Program-made: the position numbers and the translations under genes
Assembly (NCBI GenBank): GCA_017399625.1
Contig: JAFQBT010000094.1
Location: 6,063 to 70,062 of the forward strand
Source of the DNA: Oscillospiraceae bacterium
GTDB taxonomy: Bacteria; Bacillota; Clostridia; Oscillospirales; Ruminococcaceae
Direction of reading: 5' to 3'
DNA length: 64,000 bases
Shown: piece by piece, positions 54,544 through 63,393 of the stretch
Numbering within the stretch: position 1 is the stretch's first letter
Layout of the letters: each line of letters starts with the position of its first letter
Notes under the pieces: model-generated
Told to the model about the DNA's origin: nothing
Databases searched by the model: none
What the model saw: only the letters and a program-made list of their open reading frames with translations

Positions 54544-55402
54544 TGGGTCTCTCCAAAGTTATGCGTCCGATTTTTCCTCCGCGGAATTCATCAAGAAGCA
54601 TTGCCGCGGCTCTTTCGGTATCGATTTCGCCGCCGGAAATTTTCATTCCGCGTTTTGCGCCGATAAGCTCAAGAAGCGCAAAAGGTTCGATTTCAAAAGT
54701 TTCCTCATCGGTAAGTTTATATCTTTCGCAAAGCTGTTTATGTGCTTCGTGGTTGAGAACATCAGCAAGGCGTGCCGCAAGGGTTTCGATATCAAGGATA
54801 TCGTCCTTTACCGCACCGGTGAAGGCAAGATGCTCGCCGACGGTTTTGTCCTCGAATTTCGGCCAGAGAACGCCTGGCATATCGAGCATATCGATTCCCT
54901 TATCGAGGGTTACCCACTGTTTTCCGCGGGTAACGCCGGGACGATCCTCAACTTTTGCGCGTTTTCCGCCGGCAATTCTGTTGATGAAGGAAGATTTTCC
55001 GACGTTCGGAATACCGACGATCATCATACGGATGGGTTTTCCCTCCATTCCCTTTCTTGCACGTTTTTCAAGTTCGTTTTTAAGAACTTCGCGGACAACC
55101 GGCGCAAGTTTGTTAAGGCCTCTTCCGCTTCTGCAATCGGTCGCAAGAGCGCGGATTCCGATTGATTTATAATGCTCTATCCATTCCTGAGTGATGGATT
55201 CATCGGCCATATCGCATTTGTTGAGCACAACAACCCTTGGTTTTCCGCCAACAAGGCTTTTCATTTCCGGGTTGCGGCTTGAAAAAGGCACCCTTGCATC
55301 GGTTATTTCAACAACAACGTCAACAAGAGGAAGATTTTCTTTCATTAAACGGCGGGTTTTGGCCATATGTCCGGGAAACCACTGGATATCAACCTGTTCC
55401 AT
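54530..55402 (-). CDS. rbgA: Ribosome biogenesis GTPase A (YlqF/RbgA), circularly permuted GTPase
   Basis: 290 aa. IQWFPGHMAKTRR start, G4 NKCD placed before G1 GIPNVGKSS, and DMPGVL. Exact start uncertain (ATG 55402 preferred). Confidence 0.9.
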   Translation of the reverse strand: MEQVDIQWFPGHMAKTRRLMKENLPLVDVVVEITDARVPFSSRNPEMKSLVGGKPRVVVLNKCDMADESITQEWIEHYKSIGIRALATDCRSGRGLNKLAPVVREVLKNELEKRARKGMEGKPIRMMIVGIPNVGKSSFINRIAGGKRAKVEDRPGVTRGKQWVTLDKGIDMLDMPGVLWPKFEDKTVGEHLAFTGAVKDDILDIETLAARLADVLNHEAHKQLCERYKLTDEETFEIEPFALLELIGAKRGMKISGGEIDTERAAAMLLDEFRGGKIGRITLERPNELI

Positions 55403-55449
55403 AGGGCAAAAATCGCCTCCTTTCAAAAACACATAATAATCTAATATAT

Positions 55450-55479
55450 ATTATACTACATATATAGGGGGATTTTCAA
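55450..55479 (-). promoter_or_regulatory. Sigma-A promoter of the rbgA operon
   Basis: Minus strand: TTGAAA (55479-55474), 18 nt, TATAAT (55455-55450). Confidence 0.6.
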
Positions 55480-55582
55480 GGGTCTTATTATTGTGTCTTT
55501 TTCTCTTCCGGCAAAAGGTTTATCCCTACCGTTTGCGCCGCTTTTGCAGCAGACTGCGGAAAATATTTTTGATTTTATACGC

Positions 55583-55618
55583 AAAAAATCCCGTGCTCAT
55601 TTCTGAGCACGGGATTTT
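55583..55618 (-). terminator. Terminator after the dockerin-protein gene
   Basis: AAAATCCCGTGCTCA / TGAGCACGGGATTTT 15-bp perfect stem with a 4-nt loop, followed on the minus strand by T6. Confidence 0.9.
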
Positions 55619-55635
55619 CACTTTGAGCACCGAAA

Positions 55636-57903
55636 TCAGATCGGAATTGAACCTATTAAATGAGCAAGGTATTTCCGGATTATGTTGGCATCTATTGCCG
55701 TTATTTTTCCGTCGCCATCAACATCGCCCAAATCCTTCTGCTGATTTGTGGGCGCGATGAGCTTTGCGGCAATAAGCCTTGCTGTATAAACATCTTTTAC
55801 ATTTACTTCTCCGTCAAGATTTATATCTCCGACGGAATATTCTTTCAACGGAATTTCGCGGCTTTCGTAATAGTCGCAGTTTTTGCATTCGCGGCGTTCT
55901 TCGCCGGGAGTTGTTGAAGTTGCTTCAGTAACGGTTTCCCAATCGCCGAAATCATGTCCCGCTGCGGCAATGATCACGCTGTTTTTGTCCGTGATTTCAT
56001 TTTCCGCTCCGGAATCCGAGAACCATTTTCCGCAATAGCATTTATAGTATTCGCTGTGTCCTTCTTCGGTACAGGTCGGCGCAAGAGCAGGAACAAAAGT
56101 CAGCGAAGGATGGGTGCAGGTAAAATCAAGATAAACAGCAACTTCTCTTCCAAGGGAAGAATAGCCGTAGGAAAAACCTCCGATAACGCCTGCTTTTGTG
56201 GCAATGGCAACAATATTATTGCCGTACCATGTGATAAAGCTTTCCGGAGAATCCGGAACATAGACATGGGCATTATAACAGTTGTTCTGAAGAATTTCCG
56301 TAACGGAATCAACGGTATATTCCGAAAGATATTCCTGTTTTCCGGTAAAATACTGTGCTTCGGCGGAAGTGCATTCCGGAAGAGCATAGGCCGTTGCGTT
56401 TATTGCGTGGTCTTCTTCGATAATTGCATCCGTCTGGTTGAAATATGCGTGGAAGAGTTCATCTCCCTGGTCATTCCACGTAAGGTCGGTGTGGTAATAA
56501 TTGCCGTTAATTCTTACAAGATTCCAGGCATGGCCTTCGGGATTACCGGTGGAGGGATTGATGCTTGAACCGGTGATAATAAAGGAGCGGATGCCCGCTC
56601 TGTGAAGAAGATACTGGAACGATTCCGCATAGCCTTCGCAGACTGCTTTTCCTTCAACAAGGGCGCCATAAGCATTGTGGGCATTTGTTCCTTCGGTATA
56701 TTCTATCATTCCCGCAAGGGTATCGTGAATATAAAGTTCCTTTTCATAATCGCTCATGGAATCTTCGATTCCGGAAAGGATTTCCTCCGTCTTTTGGTCA
56801 AAAGCTTCCCTTGCGTTTTCAAGGGTTTTTCCGGACATTGTATATGCCGGAGAAACGCTTACAACTGCGCCGCCGGAGGTTGAATAGGAATATCCGTTTC
56901 CAAGCCAGAAATGGTGGGCATAGTCCCTTATATAAGTATCCATTACGGTTACGAATTCTTCCGGAGAAAGATGATCCGTTCCGTTCGATACGCTGATTGT
57001 TGCTTCGGCTGATTCAACGCCTTTTACAAGCTGGTCGTACGCATGGAGGAGAGCTTTTGAATTGCTGAGTTTTGCAAGGGCTTCCCTGCCGAAAAATCTG
57101 AAGGAATCGTCCTCCGCCAGAACAAAGGGGCTGAACTCGTCCCAAGTGAAAGTAATGGTGCTGTTTTCAACATCCGCTTCAGCAGGAACTTCCTCCGCAT
57201 GGCCGTTTCCGCTTATATGGTAAAGAACCATATCGCCGTTTGCAACAGCCTTTGCGGTTTTGCTGCTCACCGCAACGGTCATGGTCAGGGATTCTCCCAT
57301 ATCTCCCCACTGGTTAAGAATATAGGGATTTCCGTATTCGTCAAAGACATTGATCTCGAAAATTTCGGCGGCTTTTTCTTCGTCGATTTCTTTAAGAATA
57401 TGCTCCAGAAATTCGCTTCCGGCGGAATTTTCAACATCTATTCTGTCAACGGTCACGCTTACCGGCATATCTGTTCCGGCAACAACAAGGTCTTTCTGTG
57501 CAATGCGCTCAACCGAAATTTCCGGAACAGAAGGTTCTTCGCAAACGCAGAACGCGGTATAGTTGCAGGCAAGAGTTTCTTCCTTTTCCGTACAGAATCC
57601 GCAGACTTCGCAGGAATGGATGCAGGGTGCAACAATATAGATTCCGGTGGATGCGGCGGCATTGACAACGTAATCGTAATCGAACAAAATGCTGTATTCG
57701 CTTCCGTTTTCAGCATTTATTCCTTTCCAGAGGTTGCCAACGTTTTCGGAACCGTAATTCTCTCTTCCCGCTTCAAAAGTGCTGCTTCCGTTATCAAACG
57801 AAATTGCGGTTTCGGAAGCAAAAACATCCAAAGTAAAAATTCCGAACACCATCGCCATACATAGTAAAAAACTGATAAACCTGATGCTGATTTTTGCCTT
57901 CAA
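55636..57903 (-). CDS. Secreted transglutaminase-like cysteine-protease-fold protein with Cys-rich modules and a C-terminal type-I dockerin
   Basis: Signal peptide (KAKISIRFISFLLCMAMVFGIFTLDVFA). Transglutaminase core GKAVCEGYAESF...GHAWNLV...HTDLTW. Dockerin repeats GDINLDGEVNVKD / GDVDGDGKITAID. AAAGGAGTG RBS precedes TTG 57903. Confidence 0.8.
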   Translation of the reverse strand: MKAKISIRFISFLLCMAMVFGIFTLDVFASETAISFDNGSSTFEAGRENYGSENVGNLWKGINAENGSEYSILFDYDYVVNAAASTGIYIVAPCIHSCEVCGFCTEKEETLACNYTAFCVCEEPSVPEISVERIAQKDLVVAGTDMPVSVTVDRIDVENSAGSEFLEHILKEIDEEKAAEIFEINVFDEYGNPYILNQWGDMGESLTMTVAVSSKTAKAVANGDMVLYHISGNGHAEEVPAEADVENSTITFTWDEFSPFVLAEDDSFRFFGREALAKLSNSKALLHAYDQLVKGVESAEATISVSNGTDHLSPEEFVTVMDTYIRDYAHHFWLGNGYSYSTSGGAVVSVSPAYTMSGKTLENAREAFDQKTEEILSGIEDSMSDYEKELYIHDTLAGMIEYTEGTNAHNAYGALVEGKAVCEGYAESFQYLLHRAGIRSFIITGSSINPSTGNPEGHAWNLVRINGNYYHTDLTWNDQGDELFHAYFNQTDAIIEEDHAINATAYALPECTSAEAQYFTGKQEYLSEYTVDSVTEILQNNCYNAHVYVPDSPESFITWYGNNIVAIATKAGVIGGFSYGYSSLGREVAVYLDFTCTHPSLTFVPALAPTCTEEGHSEYYKCYCGKWFSDSGAENEITDKNSVIIAAAGHDFGDWETVTEATSTTPGEERRECKNCDYYESREIPLKEYSVGDINLDGEVNVKDVYTARLIAAKLIAPTNQQKDLGDVDGDGKITAIDANIIRKYLAHLIGSIPI

Positions 57904-57948
57904 ATAAAAACACTCCTTTACGGATTGATAAATATTCAAACCCTTTTT

Positions 57949-57977
57949 ATTATACTGTTGAACAAGGTAATTTTCAA
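57949..57977 (-). promoter_or_regulatory. Sigma-A promoter of the dockerin-protein gene
   Basis: Minus strand: TTGAAA (57977-57972), 17 nt, TATAAT (57954-57949). Confidence 0.65.
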
Positions 57978-58028
57978 CCGGCTGATCCGGTTGCTTTTCC
58001 GCCGGTTGATAAAAATTTTTTTCTGTAT

Positions 58029-58847
58029 TTACTGAATCTGCAGATTCGTTTTAAATTCCTCTATGACATAGTAATAATCCAAAAGCGCTTTTTCCGGATC
58101 TTCGATGTCAAAAGGTTCATAACTTACCGAATAATCCGTCGGTTCATTTACGTTTATTTCAAAATATTCGCTCCAGGGCGGACGGAAAATCACTTCAAGA
58201 TAAAGCTTTGTTCCGTCCGCGGAAAAAAATCCTTCGATATTATTAATTTTGGAATATTCATGTTTTTCCGCATAATCAAAAACCGTGTATGAGCAAAGGT
58301 CATAAAAAATCTGTTCTTCTTCCGTCAGTCCGATCGGGCGGTATTCCGGAACATCCTGCAAAACTTCGGAATATACCTGCTCTTCTTTTGGTGTATAGAT
58401 GGTTTTTGACGAAAGGATTTTTTCGCTGTCCCCATTATAGATTGTCACCCGGTAAAAATATATGTCCGCTGTTGCAACAAACATATCTTTATGGTGCCAT
58501 TTTCCGGATTTTCCCGTAACCATTTCATCGGATAATGTTTTAAAAACCCTGCCGACATTATGGTCATCTTCCCCGCGGCAGATTTCTGTTCTTATTCTTA
58601 AATCAAATTTTGGTGCTTCGCCTTCAATGTAATAATGCAGATATGCAAAGCGCTCTCTTTCCGATAAGATATCAAAAATCTGTATATCCTCTTCCGCATT
58701 CTTTTTGCTGTCGTTTATTGTAAGAGTAACTGTCGGTTCACCGGAAAATTCATTATAACCGGGATCCGGTTCATCAAAGATTTCGCTGCATCCGGTAATA
58801 CAAAGCATAACAGCAAGTAAAGCAAAAGAAAAAATTATTTTTTTCAA
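58029..58847 (-). CDS. Lipoprotein, unknown function
   Basis: LKKIIFSFALLAVMLCITGC lipobox. A/T-rich. AAAAGGGTG RBS 6 nt before TTG 58847. Confidence 0.6.
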   Translation of the reverse strand: MKKIIFSFALLAVMLCITGCSEIFDEPDPGYNEFSGEPTVTLTINDSKKNAEEDIQIFDILSERERFAYLHYYIEGEAPKFDLRIRTEICRGEDDHNVGRVFKTLSDEMVTGKSGKWHHKDMFVATADIYFYRVTIYNGDSEKILSSKTIYTPKEEQVYSEVLQDVPEYRPIGLTEEEQIFYDLCSYTVFDYAEKHEYSKINNIEGFFSADGTKLYLEVIFRPPWSEYFEINVNEPTDYSVSYEPFDIEDPEKALLDYYYVIEEFKTNLQIQ

Positions 58848-58882
58848 GGCAATCACCCTTTTCCGTTTTTGCTCTTTTTTAA

Positions 58883-59374
58883 TTATATTATTTCCAAAAG
58901 TTCCTTGGCAATTTCCGCCGCAACCGCAAGTTTATATTCATATCTCGAAGGCTTCGGCGAAAGTTCGCGGTAGAAAACTTCCGATTTGTTTTCTTTTGAT
59001 ATTGCAAAATAAACTCTTCCGGGAACGGAAGCGGAAGCATTCGCCGGGTCAACGTTGCCCATGGTTCCGGTAACGCCGATTCCGTAATCGGCATTATAAG
59101 TTTTTCTGCAGGCTTCCGCCATGGCGATTGCCGTTTCGTTAGAATAAACGGAATATTTTTCGATTGTTTCTTCCGGAACACCCTGCATAATTTTTCCGAC
59201 GTTGCTGTAAGTTACAAAAGCGCCTTTGAGCACCGCGGAAGCTCCTTCCGTATCGGTTATAAGCGAAGCAATAAGCCCGGAAGTGCAGCTTTCCATTGTG
59301 GTTATGGTTTTTTCTTTTTCAATAAGTTTTTCGGTGATTTTTCTGTAATCAGCTCTTATTTCCTGTTCTGTCAT
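58883..59374 (-). CDS. pncC: CinA C-terminal-domain protein (nicotinamide-nucleotide amidohydrolase PncC-like)
   Basis: 163 aa. TTMESCTSGLIAS...GA..V..G.FVTYSN and GIGVTG motifs. Confidence 0.85.
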   Translation of the reverse strand: MTEQEIRADYRKITEKLIEKEKTITTMESCTSGLIASLITDTEGASAVLKGAFVTYSNVGKIMQGVPEETIEKYSVYSNETAIAMAEACRKTYNADYGIGVTGTMGNVDPANASASVPGRVYFAISKENKSEVFYRELSPKPSRYEYKLAVAAEIAKELLEII

Positions 59375-59496
59375 TTTGCACCTCCGTAAAATTATTCAAA
59401 AACACCTTCGCGGTATTCCCTTTCGTCAATTTCTTCCTCTGTCATAAAAAGATATTCCGTATCGCCTCAGATCAATCCTGAAAGTTTCTTCCGCGA

Positions 59497-60261
59497 TTAT
59501 TCCATAAGCTTTAAAAGAAGGCGTTTTATTTCAGCAAAAACAGACATTCCGTCCTCGGGCATTTTTTCGGAAGAAACGCGGAATTCTTCTTCATCAATCC
59601 TGAATTTCACAACAATTTTCATTCCGTCAATGCTTTCCGATTCTTCCAGATCGTTCCAATGCCTCATTTCGTTCACTTCGATTACGTGCAGAAAGTCATC
59701 GAAAGCATAGCAGGAAACGAAGCTATCCTTCGATGTTTCTTCGCCGCCGGTTCCGATATATTCGGTAAGTTTTAAAACAAGAGGATCATCGGTTGTCCAA
59801 AGAACAAGTTCATAATGTTCCTTTCCCTCTTCGGTAAAAGTTTCTTCGTAATAGTCTATCAGAAGAACGTCTGCCGCCTCGGTATAATCAGGGCCGGTTG
59901 GAACATCCGGCGACATGGCGGTGCTGATCATGTACGAAATTTTAACATCTTCTTCCGGCATTATAAATTCCATCTTCATTCCCTTATCGCTATACGTATA
60001 ATCGATTGTTTCATCATTGAGGAAAAAAGTATATCCGGCATCGGCAGCAATATATTTGTTTTTAAATATCAAAGTCACTTTTTCGCCGGCTTTTGCGGAA
60101 TTTTTCGGAAAAAGGAACGCCGATTTATTATCATATTCAATTTTATATCTTTCAGCGGAACATCCGGCAAAAAGAAGAACGATCATCGCGGCAACGGAAA
60201 GCAGAATTATCCCCAAAAAGATATTTTTGAAAATATTCATAATATCGAAGATACCATTCAT
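59497..60261 (-). CDS. Lipoprotein/membrane-anchored protein, unknown function
   Basis: The signal peptide ends in the LLFAGC lipobox. 254 aa, acidic. GGAGGA RBS 8 nt upstream. Confidence 0.6.
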   Translation of the reverse strand: MNGIFDIMNIFKNIFLGIILLSVAAMIVLLFAGCSAERYKIEYDNKSAFLFPKNSAKAGEKVTLIFKNKYIAADAGYTFFLNDETIDYTYSDKGMKMEFIMPEEDVKISYMISTAMSPDVPTGPDYTEAADVLLIDYYEETFTEEGKEHYELVLWTTDDPLVLKLTEYIGTGGEETSKDSFVSCYAFDDFLHVIEVNEMRHWNDLEESESIDGMKIVVKFRIDEEEFRVSSEKMPEDGMSVFAEIKRLLLKLME

Positions 60262-60285
60262 TTTTTCGTTCCTCCGTTTCCTTTT

Positions 60286-60948
60286 TTAATATTCTTCAAG
60301 TTTTCTTCCGCACTCCATGCAGAATTTTCCGTGGTTCTTCGTTCCGCAAGAGCAAATCCAATAGTCAAAATCCTTTGGAGAACCGCATTCGCTGCAGAAA
60401 TTGGTTTTGTTTTCCTTTCCGCATTTGCAGAGCCAGGAAACTTTTTCAAGTGGCTTTTGTGCCTGGTTTACACTTTGAACCACTCCTGCGGCAACAGGAT
60501 TTGCGGCTTTTGCTATCTCGGAATATAATCTTGCTTTTTCCATTTCCTTTTCAAACCTGTGAATCGTCATTTTGTCCGCTTCGGAAACGGAAAATTCATT
60601 GAATCTCGCATTGGTGATTTCTATTCCGTAACCTTTTGCCAGTTTGTTTGTTTCCTCGATAATTCCGGGAATAAGTTCCGAAGGCGGAATTTCCGCTTCC
60701 GGAATGCTGCTGACCGGAGTTTTGTAGTATCTTGTAATATTGATTTTCGCAGTATCACCGACAGCATCTTTAAGCATTGAAACCGGAAAAATATCCCCTG
60801 TTGCCATTACATAAAGATTTTCATCGAAAATCTGCCAGGAAAAATCAATAAGATAATTCATCTGAATCGCAAAATCCAGACCGTCATTAACATAAGGAAT
60901 ATAAGCCAGATTTCTTGCCGTGCTTTTTCCTCTGGGTTCAGATTTCAT
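60286..60948 (-). CDS. SPFH/YdjI-like fragment fused to a double zinc ribbon
   Basis: 220 aa. GYGIEITNARFNEFSVSE...EKEME resembles the C-terminal part of SPFH/virion-core-like YdjI proteins. The C-terminus is CKCG...CSECG...CSCG...CMECG. Confidence 0.5.
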   Translation of the reverse strand: MKSEPRGKSTARNLAYIPYVNDGLDFAIQMNYLIDFSWQIFDENLYVMATGDIFPVSMLKDAVGDTAKINITRYYKTPVSSIPEAEIPPSELIPGIIEETNKLAKGYGIEITNARFNEFSVSEADKMTIHRFEKEMEKARLYSEIAKAANPVAAGVVQSVNQAQKPLEKVSWLCKCGKENKTNFCSECGSPKDFDYWICSCGTKNHGKFCMECGRKLEEY

Positions 60949-60966
60949 AAAACCGCCTCCTGAAAT

Positions 60967-61875
60967 TTATCCTTCGCAGGGAGCAGAAAGTTTTGCTTTT
61001 TCGCAGGAAATTCTGATTTCTCTCTGCATAATTCTTCTTGCGTTATAGATGTTTTCTTCAGAAACGTTTGCAACAACCATAAGTTCGATATGGGTTTCCA
61101 GAAGTTTGTCAACGCCTTTATAAACCGGCGCTTCCTTAAAGATTTCCGGATATTCGGAAGGAAGTTCAGAAAGCGCTTCTTTAACGGCGTTTTCTGCTTC
61201 AACAAGGGAATCCTCATAGCTTACCGGAACGTTTACCACCGCAACGGAAGTTACGTCGGAAAGGTTTACAAGGGTGCTTATTTCGCTGTTGTTGATAATT
61301 CTGATGTTTCCGCCAAGGTCGATTATGCTTATGGTGCGAAGACCGACGGATTTTACTTCACCGCGGAAACCGTCAATTGTGATAATATCGCCCACTGCAA
61401 TTTCACCTTCAAGAATGATGAATAGTCCGGTGATAACGTCTTCTATAAGGCTCTGTGCGCCGAAGCCGACGATTATTGCAAGAACGCCGGCAGAAACAAA
61501 GATTGCGGTGGTATCAACTCCAAGGCAGCTGAGGGCAACAATTGCTCCGCCGATATAAACTATGTAATAAAGAAGTTTTTCAAGAAGCTGGCGAAGGGTT
61601 TCGCTTCTGTGTTTTTTGAATTTAAGGCTTCCGATAGCAAATTTTACAAGGTTTGCAACAGCAAAAGTGATTACAAGCGAAAGAATTGCGGCGCCGATTT
61701 CCTCAAAGGTTATTCCCGCAAGGGCATTTTCCGCAAAATGCTCATCGATAAATGCGTTGATTCCGGTTTTTATATTTTCCGGAAGAAATCCCTGGAGCGA
61801 AGGGATGAAAACCGCGACCGCAACGGCAATAAGAAGAATCGAGATGATTATTTTTCCAATATTTTTCTTTTCCAT
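60967..61875 (-). CDS. mscS: Small-conductance mechanosensitive channel (MscS family)
   Basis: 302 aa with three TM helices. Pore-lining GAQSLIEDVITGLFIILEG and the beta domain VGDIITIDGFRGEVKSVGLRT. AAGAGGA RBS precedes ATG 61875. Confidence 0.9.
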   Translation of the reverse strand: MEKKNIGKIIISILLIAVAVAVFIPSLQGFLPENIKTGINAFIDEHFAENALAGITFEEIGAAILSLVITFAVANLVKFAIGSLKFKKHRSETLRQLLEKLLYYIVYIGGAIVALSCLGVDTTAIFVSAGVLAIIVGFGAQSLIEDVITGLFIILEGEIAVGDIITIDGFRGEVKSVGLRTISIIDLGGNIRIINNSEISTLVNLSDVTSVAVVNVPVSYEDSLVEAENAVKEALSELPSEYPEIFKEAPVYKGVDKLLETHIELMVVANVSEENIYNARRIMQREIRISCEKAKLSAPCEG

Positions 61876-61901
61876 TTTATATCCTCTTTTCAAAAGTTAT
61901 A

Positions 61902-63356
61902 TTAAGGCTGTTCCATTCCGCAATAACTGCAGTAATAATAATCCATTCCTTCAGCAGGTCCCGTGCCAAGAACCCAGTTATGTGCATCGGGATCAACAGG
62001 AAGCTGCTGCACTTCCTGAATAATTTCTTTACATTCAGAACAATAAATCATATCGCCGTAACCGGGTTCGCAACAGGTTGGAGCTTGTCCGGGTTCAACA
62101 ATTTGGGTGTGCGGTGCAAGGGGAAGTTCTTTTGCCTCGGTAAGCTGCTGCTGGCATTTTCTGCAGTAACTGCTGTCACTGAGCCCGGGCCTTACGCAGG
62201 AAGAAGCATATCCCGGAACAATCACCGGGTCATGAGCATAAGGTATAACGCTTTGTGCAACAATTGTTGCTCCGCAAACGGAACAATGGCTTCCTTCGGT
62301 AAGTCCGGTAGTGGTGCATGTTGCCTCAACAGCCGGATCCGTGACTTCCGTATGCGGGACACTTACAGATTCCTGTGCAACAATTGTTGCTCCGCAAACA
62401 GAACAATGGCTTCCTTCGGTAAGTCCCGGATTTGAACATGTTCCCGGAACAGCACTGTCAATGACTATATTGTGTTCAGTCGTCGGTATTTCTTCCTGTT
62501 TTACTATTACTACACCGCAAACGGAACAATGGCTTCCTTCAGTAAGGCCTTTTTCTTTACAGTTTGCTTCAACGGCCGGATCTTTCACTTCGGTATGGGA
62601 AGCTGTTATTTCCTCTTCAAAAACAAGCGTTCCACAGGCGACACATTCCGTATGGCGGTGTCCGGGAACGGTACATGTTGGTTCAAAATCTATTATCCAA
62701 TCCCCGGCAAGATGTTTTCCGGCAGCAATTATTCTTGTTTCAAGAACAGATTCACAGTTTTTGCAAAGAAGGTTTTCCGTTCCATCATCCTTGCATGTTG
62801 CCGGAACCGAAACTATCCATCCACCGGGAACATGTTCAAGAACAGGGATTGTCTCCGTCCTGAGTTTTTCTCCGCAATCGGAGCAAACCAACAATTTTTT
62901 TCCTTCCGCAAGACATGTGGCACAGATAACGGTTTCCCATTCGTCCGCTTCTTTATGGATATGAGTTTCCTGACCTGTTTCATTTCGTATAAACAGATCT
63001 CCGAAAGCTTCCGGCGCTCCGGTTATAACAACAGCGCTTGCCGTTGCAACAATGGCGCCCATCTTTAAAACTTCGGCCGCTTTTGTAATCAGAGAAACTC
63101 TTCCTCTGCTTCTTTCAGAAGAGGTGAGAGTCTCTTCGTCCTCATCGTCGGAATCCTCTTCTTCTTTTTCTTTAAGTCCGCCGCAGAATTCTCTGTTATA
63201 TTCGTCAGAATGGAAAAATCTTTCGTCAAATTCCTCAGTTTCTTCAAGGAAAGAAAATTCTTCGTTTCCGACAAATTCGTCGGAAGTTTCTGCGTGCTCA
63301 TTTTCAAAGCCATCGGTTCTGAATTCGTCTTCATAGGCCATTTTTATCATCACCAA
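61902..63356 (-). CDS. Membrane protein with an acidic N-terminal region and nine tandem His-Cys3 (about 40-aa) modules
   Basis: 484 aa. About 95 acidic residues, one TM (MGAIVATASAVVITGAP), then repeats of H-x9-11-C-x4-5-G-x4-5-C-x2-C (e.g. HTEVTDPAVEATCTTTGLTEGSHCSVCGATIVAQ). Start codon uncertain (63356 or 63341). Confidence 0.75.
   Translation of the reverse strand: MVMIKMAYEDEFRTDGFENEHAETSDEFVGNEEFSFLEETEEFDERFFHSDEYNREFCGGLKEKEEEDSDDEDEETLTSSERSRGRVSLITKAAEVLKMGAIVATASAVVITGAPEAFGDLFIRNETGQETHIHKEADEWETVICATCLAEGKKLLVCSDCGEKLRTETIPVLEHVPGGWIVSVPATCKDDGTENLLCKNCESVLETRIIAAGKHLAGDWIIDFEPTCTVPGHRHTECVACGTLVFEEEITASHTEVKDPAVEANCKEKGLTEGSHCSVCGVVIVKQEEIPTTEHNIVIDSAVPGTCSNPGLTEGSHCSVCGATIVAQESVSVPHTEVTDPAVEATCTTTGLTEGSHCSVCGATIVAQSVIPYAHDPVIVPGYASSCVRPGLSDSSYCRKCQQQLTEAKELPLAPHTQIVEPGQAPTCCEPGYGDMIYCSECKEIIQEVQQLPVDPDAHNWVLGTGPAEGMDYYYCSYCGMEQP
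62254..62546. repeat. Near-identical tandem DNA repeats inside the His-Cys3 gene
   Basis: 62254-62306 and 62374-62426 match at 52 of 53 nt (120-bp period). 62515-62546 matches 62272-62303 at 31 of 32 nt. Confidence 0.95.
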
Positions 63357-63393
63357 CCTTTATAACGGTGCTCACGTTGCAAAAGACGCGTGC

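Noticed and set aside
59392-59445. A 17-codon minus-strand mini-ORF (MTEEEIDEREYREGVFE) upstream of cinA whose first residues resemble the CinA start (MTEQEIRADYR).
   Set aside because: It has no RBS and is too short. The similarity is limited to a few residues and could be chance or a decayed duplication of the 5' end. A call is not supportable.
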